Below are positions 58,915-64,000 of a stretch of DNA of 64,000 nt, in pieces. This stretch comes from Candidatus Poribacteria bacterium. GTDB taxonomy: Bacteria > Poribacteria > WGA-4E > WGA-3G. The notes under the pieces were generated by a model, which ran no database searches, was not told where the DNA came from, and saw nothing but the letters and a program-made list of their open reading frames with translations. The DNA lies in NCBI GenBank assembly GCA_965198235.1, contig OZ240248.1, positions 2,848,001 to 2,912,000 of the forward strand. Direction: 5' to 3'. Position 1 is the first letter of the stretch, and each line of letters opens with the position of its first letter. A program made the position numbers and the translations under genes.

Positions 58915-59862
58915 CTAACTTTCTCGGATTGTAGCCAAACCCGTCTGCCATTCCTGACCTTTCTTGCCTGCATAGAGCATGGCATAGGGGTCCTCGGTTT
59001 CAAGGATCTGTCCTGTTAGCACACCATCACAGTCAAACGCATTAGGATCGTCCGACGGTATGAATACGGGGTTATAAGGGTTCGGCTCGAAAGTATGAAA
59101 ATCGCGGGTCCGCACATGTCCGATCCGCCAGACTTCGCCATCGTACCCACCGTAGAGAATATGGAAGTATTGTGGACCTTTGAACAATTCGGTTTCACGA
59201 ACGGCTCGGCTGTCCCACGTCTGCCCACTACCTCTGAAAACCGGATTATCAGGATTTTTTGTGACCAACGCTGGATCGCTCGTCGGCGCGGTCGCATGAC
59301 ACATAGTTAACCCCTCGCCGAATGACCGTGTCGCCTTCCCCGTATAAACGATGTGAATCGTGTCGTCCTCTATCACAACCGAAGGGTGACTGGAACCGTA
59401 CTGCTCGTGTTCGGTATCCGCAGGAATGACAGGAGTACGCCGGACACGCCGCCACTCACCGAGGTCCCTATCGCTCACAAGTAGCCCCGTCTGTTCGGGT
59501 GTTGTTTCCCCCTTGCCCCGATAGTACATGTAGAACTTACCGTCAGTAGGATTTAGGAACGGGAAAGGATACTCAACGGCTGCGTTATCGAAACCGTCCG
59601 CTGAAGGCTCAAGGATAGGGTTCCGCGCATCCTGCGTGATGTCGGTGAGATCACTGATCGGAGCCGTCGCATGCATTATCAACCATCGAACACCAAGGTC
59701 GCGCTTACACCAGATGTAATGTACTTTCCCATCAACGATAATAGCATGGGTCGCCGCCGCCCAAAGCGGGGGCGGAAGGGAAATGATCGGATTGCCCGTC
59801 TCGATCCTCTTGAAACTGGCGAATACCTCGAACGAAATAGGATCTTTCCGCGCATTTATCAT
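58915..59862 (-). CDS. Five-bladed beta-propeller glycosidase-like protein (GH32/43/130-like)
   Basis: Repeated NP[IV][LF]..S...FD/WD blades, FYMYYRG, WRIGH. Confidence 0.75.
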   Translation of the reverse strand: MINARKDPISFEVFASFKRIETGNPIISLPPPLWAAATHAIIVDGKVHYIWCKRDLGVRWLIMHATAPISDLTDITQDARNPILEPSADGFDNAAVEYPFPFLNPTDGKFYMYYRGKGETTPEQTGLLVSDRDLGEWRRVRRTPVIPADTEHEQYGSSHPSVVIEDDTIHIVYTGKATRSFGEGLTMCHATAPTSDPALVTKNPDNPVFRGSGQTWDSRAVRETELFKGPQYFHILYGGYDGEVWRIGHVRTRDFHTFEPNPYNPVFIPSDDPNAFDCDGVLTGQILETEDPYAMLYAGKKGQEWQTGLATIRES

Positions 59863-62800
59863 CGGTTTCTCCCTTCTAAAGCGTCGAAATAAGCGTCCAA
59901 ACCTTGACGAAACTCTTCCGGTAACACGCGCCCCGCTTTCCCAGTTGCCTGTCTGGGTGAACGATTTTCAATAGAAGCTCTGCCGCTGTCATCACCAACA
60001 CCAAGGAGCATCAAGGCAGATGCAGTGGCTGGTGGGGCAGTTATTATCATGGGTGCATTTGGAACCCGTCCGGTTTGGAGTAGGATTTCAATTACCTCCG
60101 TTATTGCAGCAATCGCTCTGGGACCGGTGTCTGGTTCTGTGAGGATGTCTTCGACCTCCTCCATAACCTCCGCGGCTCGCCCGACCTTCGCGAGTTGCCC
60201 CTGGATGAAGCGTTCGTGTGCGTTAGGCAGGAGGCTAATTTGGGCTTCTACCTCGCGAGCGTCCTCAGTGAGCGTGATTTGCGTATCGTACAATGCTATG
60301 CTGCGCTCGCGATATTCATCAGCAGTAAGTGCTTCCTTCGCTTGTTCAAGTTCTCGTGTCTCTTCCCGCAATTGGATCTCGCGATTGATGATCCGCATCA
60401 CTTCCACGACGATTTCCGGGGGTAGGTTCGGCAGCTTAATCAGTCCTATCTCTCCAGGCGGCATCTCTGGGAGCGGATCCACCAACTGCTCTGCCCACCG
60501 ATCCAATGTATCTGCCCAGAATTCCGCCTCAATCGTTGATTCACCGATAAAATTGGCCTGAATCGCTTCCGCCATGTCCTGCATCTGGTCCGATACAATA
60601 GCGTCCTGCATCTCCGACAGAACACGCGAGAAGCCTTCGGACGGTCGCCGGTCAGCATAAGCAGCCATATCTTGCAGGAGTGTAGATGCTACCTTAGACT
60701 CAGCGACCTCTTTTTCAGCCAAATGCCCCCGGTCAGACTCATCTTCCACTGCATCACTCGCAAGTCCGAAACCGTCCAGATTGTTCAGGTCCACCGCGAT
60801 GTCAATCTGCCGTCGCGATGCCGCTTTCAAGCGTTTCACGAATGTGCTGTTTTCAAAACCAGTGAGCAATTTGTTCATTTCCTCTGCCAACTTGGCAAAA
60901 GCATCCAGCAATTCTTGCTGCTCTTTGACCGCTTCCAAAACGAGTTCCGCTGTTTGAGGAGCTGGGGGTTCTTCCTCCTCATCGTTTCTACCGCTCCCTT
61001 TGAGGGTCGTCGTAGGGATTCCCAGTCCGCCAACGACTTGTGGTGCTTGCCCCGCCTTTTCCTCCTCGTTGAAACCAGATTCAACATCAACGACAAGGGG
61101 AGTAGGGTTGGCGGGTATATAACCCGGCTTACCATCAGGCTGTTTGCTTCGATCTACGTTAACGCTTGTGCCGGGAGTATTCGGATCTTCAGGAATCTCG
61201 TCTAATCCTTCGGGAGGCATCTTGCTATCGGGTCCATATTTCTCCTCTACAGACATGTCACCCCTACGGGGTTCAGCCTTTGGATGGAAGGGCGAAAGGG
61301 GGGAAGAATGGGGGGATTTTCCATCCTTCCCCTCTTCCATTCCAACTGACTGCTGACCATTACTCAGTCCTGGTGCCTCAGCGGCACGGGCAAGTAAGTC
61401 AGCGACAGAAGGCATTCTCTGACCCGCGATCTCCTCTAACTTCTTGAGAATTTCCGCCCACGATTCAAGCTGATTAGGATCGAATTCCTCGTTTTTTGTT
61501 GCTTCTTGCACCAACTCGGTTCCAAGTTGGATGAGACTATCAAGTCTCGCTGCATTGGCACGCTCCGCAGCCGCCTGATTTTGCAGTTTCCTGCGCTGCG
61601 CTGGATCGTCAAGTGCTTCGGGAGGCAGGTCACGCAGTTCGCGATTGGTTTCGTGCAACTGCAATTCTTTGTCGTGGACCTCCTGTGCTGCCCCCATCCA
61701 GAGTTCCATTTGCCCGACCAACCACTTGAAATGTTCCGCTGGGGTCAGCACATGTATGACGAGGTCCGGTGAACGGACGCGCGCGCGACCCGGAAGATAA
61801 TCCTCAGCGAAGGCGCGCAGACGTAAACTCTGCGGACGCACATTTTCACGCACAGCAGAAAATGTGGCAGCAACAGTCATAACATCTGTGGTTGGTGTAC
61901 CTGATGATACCGTTTTCTCACCGCTCGTAGGCTCAGGATTGTGAATCGGATTACCAATGCCTTCCCATTCCAAACCCACTCGCTTCACACCAAAGTCGTC
62001 CCCCGCCTGAATCTCAAAGGTGAGGACCTCACTCGAAAGGACAACACGGTTGTTCTTTAGTTTGTTGAAACTAACCGTCGGGGATGCATCTTCTTCCACC
62101 TCTAACCGTATCACTTGCGGTTCACGTGCAACGAGACCAAAGCGATCACGCCACGCCAACTGGAGTAAGGTATCGGGGTTGGAAACCCCTCCTACGGTGC
62201 TGATAGGCTCGGTCATCACACGCGCGCCAGTAACACGTTGTGGACGATTGTTCAAAGTCGCTTCTGCGAGTTCTCGTGTTGCTGTGGCTTCTAAGACTGC
62301 GGTACTTCCCTTCAACAAACTGAGGGTCCCGCCTCGGACATCCTCCACCAGCGGCTCGCTGCGTTGCAAATAGGTTGGCAATTCAACCTCAGCAATAAGC
62401 TTAGTCAGTGCGGGACGCAATTTGGGTTCGATGGGAATAGAGTGTCGGGCATCTCCGACTCGAAGCGAGAGTCGACCATCCCTTGTTTGAGGTGGTAATT
62501 GGAATCGGTATGTCGCTTCGTCTCGCGTCGCAACCACCGGAACTTGGTTTGCGTAACGTGCTTCTCCCGACTCAGGTTTCCACGGCGAATTGTCTTTTAA
62601 GCGTGCTTCCACATCAAAAGGTTCGGCGTACGGGACCACACGCAGCCCTGATTCACCCTCCAATTGGGCAAAAGTGTAACGCGCCACATCACGCCACGGG
62701 GTCAACCACCGAGCAAAGGTATTCCAACTCGTTGCGGGTATTACAACAGCTCCGATGACCACCAACATCAATGGGAGGGATGCCGCCCATGCCCAGCGAC

Positions 62801-63323
62801 GGTGCCGAGGATTGGGAACCGCATCTGCCAAATTATGTCTTGCGACCTCGGCATCAACCTGACGCATCGCTGCTGCAACCAGAGTCCGACTTGACAATTG
62901 ATCCTCTCTATTACGCGCTAATTCTACGATGCCGAGTACGTGATCCCCAAAACGTGGGAATTTTTGCTGCAACAACCGAGCGACACCCTCCAATTGCCGA
63001 TGCTTCCAAACCCAATTGTAGTACTTCATAGGTAAGAGAAAGACCGTTCCTACCATACCAACCCCTAAGATGAGCACCCGTAGGAGCGTAGGTGTGTCAA
63101 ACACTCGGTCCAAGCAAAAAACGATGATATATGAGACAAGGATACCAAAGATTGCCGCCAGTGCACCTTCAGCGAGTTTGATCGTCCATACCCGTTTTTG
63201 GTACTGTTCGAGTGCCGCTTTCATACGCGGCGGCAGGTTGATCGCTCCGTTTTGTTTTTCTAATTTTCCTTGCAGTTCGGTGAGGGGGGTGTTTTTGCTT
63301 GGGTGTTTCCCCAGGGTATTCAT
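59859..63323 (-). CDS. Large membrane-anchored coiled-coil protein (DUF4175-like) of a Planctomycete-type vWA operon
   Basis: Three N-terminal TMs, LPTYL, DDFGV, AEDYLP, C-terminal LPEEFRQGLDAYF; GGAG RBS before ATG 63323. Confidence 0.75.
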   Translation of the reverse strand: MNTLGKHPSKNTPLTELQGKLEKQNGAINLPPRMKAALEQYQKRVWTIKLAEGALAAIFGILVSYIIVFCLDRVFDTPTLLRVLILGVGMVGTVFLLPMKYYNWVWKHRQLEGVARLLQQKFPRFGDHVLGIVELARNREDQLSSRTLVAAAMRQVDAEVARHNLADAVPNPRHRRWAWAASLPLMLVVIGAVVIPATSWNTFARWLTPWRDVARYTFAQLEGESGLRVVPYAEPFDVEARLKDNSPWKPESGEARYANQVPVVATRDEATYRFQLPPQTRDGRLSLRVGDARHSIPIEPKLRPALTKLIAEVELPTYLQRSEPLVEDVRGGTLSLLKGSTAVLEATATRELAEATLNNRPQRVTGARVMTEPISTVGGVSNPDTLLQLAWRDRFGLVAREPQVIRLEVEEDASPTVSFNKLKNNRVVLSSEVLTFEIQAGDDFGVKRVGLEWEGIGNPIHNPEPTSGEKTVSSGTPTTDVMTVAATFSAVRENVRPQSLRLRAFAEDYLPGRARVRSPDLVIHVLTPAEHFKWLVGQMELWMGAAQEVHDKELQLHETNRELRDLPPEALDDPAQRRKLQNQAAAERANAARLDSLIQLGTELVQEATKNEEFDPNQLESWAEILKKLEEIAGQRMPSVADLLARAAEAPGLSNGQQSVGMEEGKDGKSPHSSPLSPFHPKAEPRRGDMSVEEKYGPDSKMPPEGLDEIPEDPNTPGTSVNVDRSKQPDGKPGYIPANPTPLVVDVESGFNEEEKAGQAPQVVGGLGIPTTTLKGSGRNDEEEEPPAPQTAELVLEAVKEQQELLDAFAKLAEEMNKLLTGFENSTFVKRLKAASRRQIDIAVDLNNLDGFGLASDAVEDESDRGHLAEKEVAESKVASTLLQDMAAYADRRPSEGFSRVLSEMQDAIVSDQMQDMAEAIQANFIGESTIEAEFWADTLDRWAEQLVDPLPEMPPGEIGLIKLPNLPPEIVVEVMRIINREIQLREETRELEQAKEALTADEYRERSIALYDTQITLTEDAREVEAQISLLPNAHERFIQGQLAKVGRAAEVMEEVEDILTEPDTGPRAIAAITEVIEILLQTGRVPNAPMIITAPPATASALMLLGVGDDSGRASIENRSPRQATGKAGRVLPEEFRQGLDAYFDALEGRNR

Positions 63324-63577
63324 GTGGTTCTCCGTAGAGTCGCTTTCCATTTCATTTTAGGCTTGATATTTTGGGCTGTCGATTTTGCTATAAAAAACGC
63401 GCTTAACTGACTATTTTTTAAACGATTGGCCATTGTGCATCGTTCCACGATGGTTCTTGGTGAATTCAGAAACCTTTGAGCCCCTGGGATGGGTTGGAAT
63501 TTAACGAAACCCACTGCGGAATGAAATTAGGTTTCCTTAAATGGCATAATTTGTCTTTGCTTTACATTTGAAGCAGT

Positions 63578-63630
63578 TTAACCATCAACTCGACTCCGTT
63601 ATAAGTGTTAAAGCACGAGTTGATGGTTAA
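63578..63630. repeat. Perfect 15-bp inverted repeat with 23-bp spacer
   Basis: TTAACCATCAACTCG ... CGAGTTGATGGTTAA. Confidence 0.7.
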
Positions 63631-63672
63631 CAGGGCCCCATAGTTTAAAAAATCCGCCCTGACTGTTGATGG

Positions 63673-64000
63673 CTATACCGCGCCTGTCATTTTTCTCGCA
63701 ACCCAGAACAACCCAAGAAGTAGGATGAGAAGTCCTGCCCATAGTGGGTGTGCCCAGATCCGTGTGCGATGCACAGTCGGCTCAGGCTCCGGTAAGGCTG
63801 CGAGATAATCCAACAGACTTCGCACCTCAGAAACCGGCACTAACTTGCCATCTGTAATTTTGGCGATTTCATCTAAGACCTCAAAACGCGCCAAACGCCC
63901 TTGCTGCTCCCGATTTAAACCTTGGACTGATAGATCCGTCTGTATCGAAGCCCCGCGACTGTCGGAATCGGGGTTAGAAACCCCTCCTACAAGGCGGTAA
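63673..64000 (-). CDS. 3' end of a membrane protein (vWA/glutamine-amidotransferase-like operon member), runs off the window end
   Basis: Frame open from the window end: ..VLDEIAKITDGK..IWAHPLWAGLLILLLGLFWVARKMTGAV. Confidence 0.7.
   Translation of the reverse strand, partial: YRLVGGVSNPDSDSRGASIQTDLSVQGLNREQQGRLARFEVLDEIAKITDGKLVPVSEVRSLLDYLAALPEPEPTVHRTRIWAHPLWAGLLILLLGLFWVARKMTGAV

Noticed and set aside
1-64000. tRNA, rRNA, CRISPR array, prophage, integron
   Set aside because: None recognised by eye; no integrase, cas or phage structural genes among the ORFs. A covariance-model scan was not possible.

Overview
Bacterial chromosomal DNA of moderate GC with no rRNA, tRNA or CRISPR array. 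The gene content (LamG, FG-GAP and PD40 secreted proteins, PhyH dioxygenases, C-terminally extended ECF sigma factors) and a recurring C-terminal 'V.p.gKL...Wg.lK' tail suggest Candidatus Poribacteria or a relative; this is inference, not a database result. About 45 CDS are present, mostly catabolic enzymes and secreted proteins, plus a RelE-type toxin-antitoxin pair, a tnpB-only IS200/IS605 element interrupting a PhyH gene, and several gene remnants. The main points of interest are: (1) four unrelated exported proteins share one short C-terminal tail, a candidate protein-sorting signal; (2) a sigma-54 promoter with tandem enhancer-like sites occurs twice, in opposite orientations, and one copy drives a 1111-aa Asp-rich outer-membrane-type protein; (3) an ECF cassette reuses one winged-helix-like domain on two sigma factors and on a membrane anchor copied from the adjacent ABC permease; (4) a TetR-controlled array of FG-GAP lipoproteins is paired with small beta-barrels; (5) many tiny repeats and MITE-like elements nest inside each other and are inserted in frame into at least five genes. 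Product calls come from motif recognition in the translations; no searches were run.
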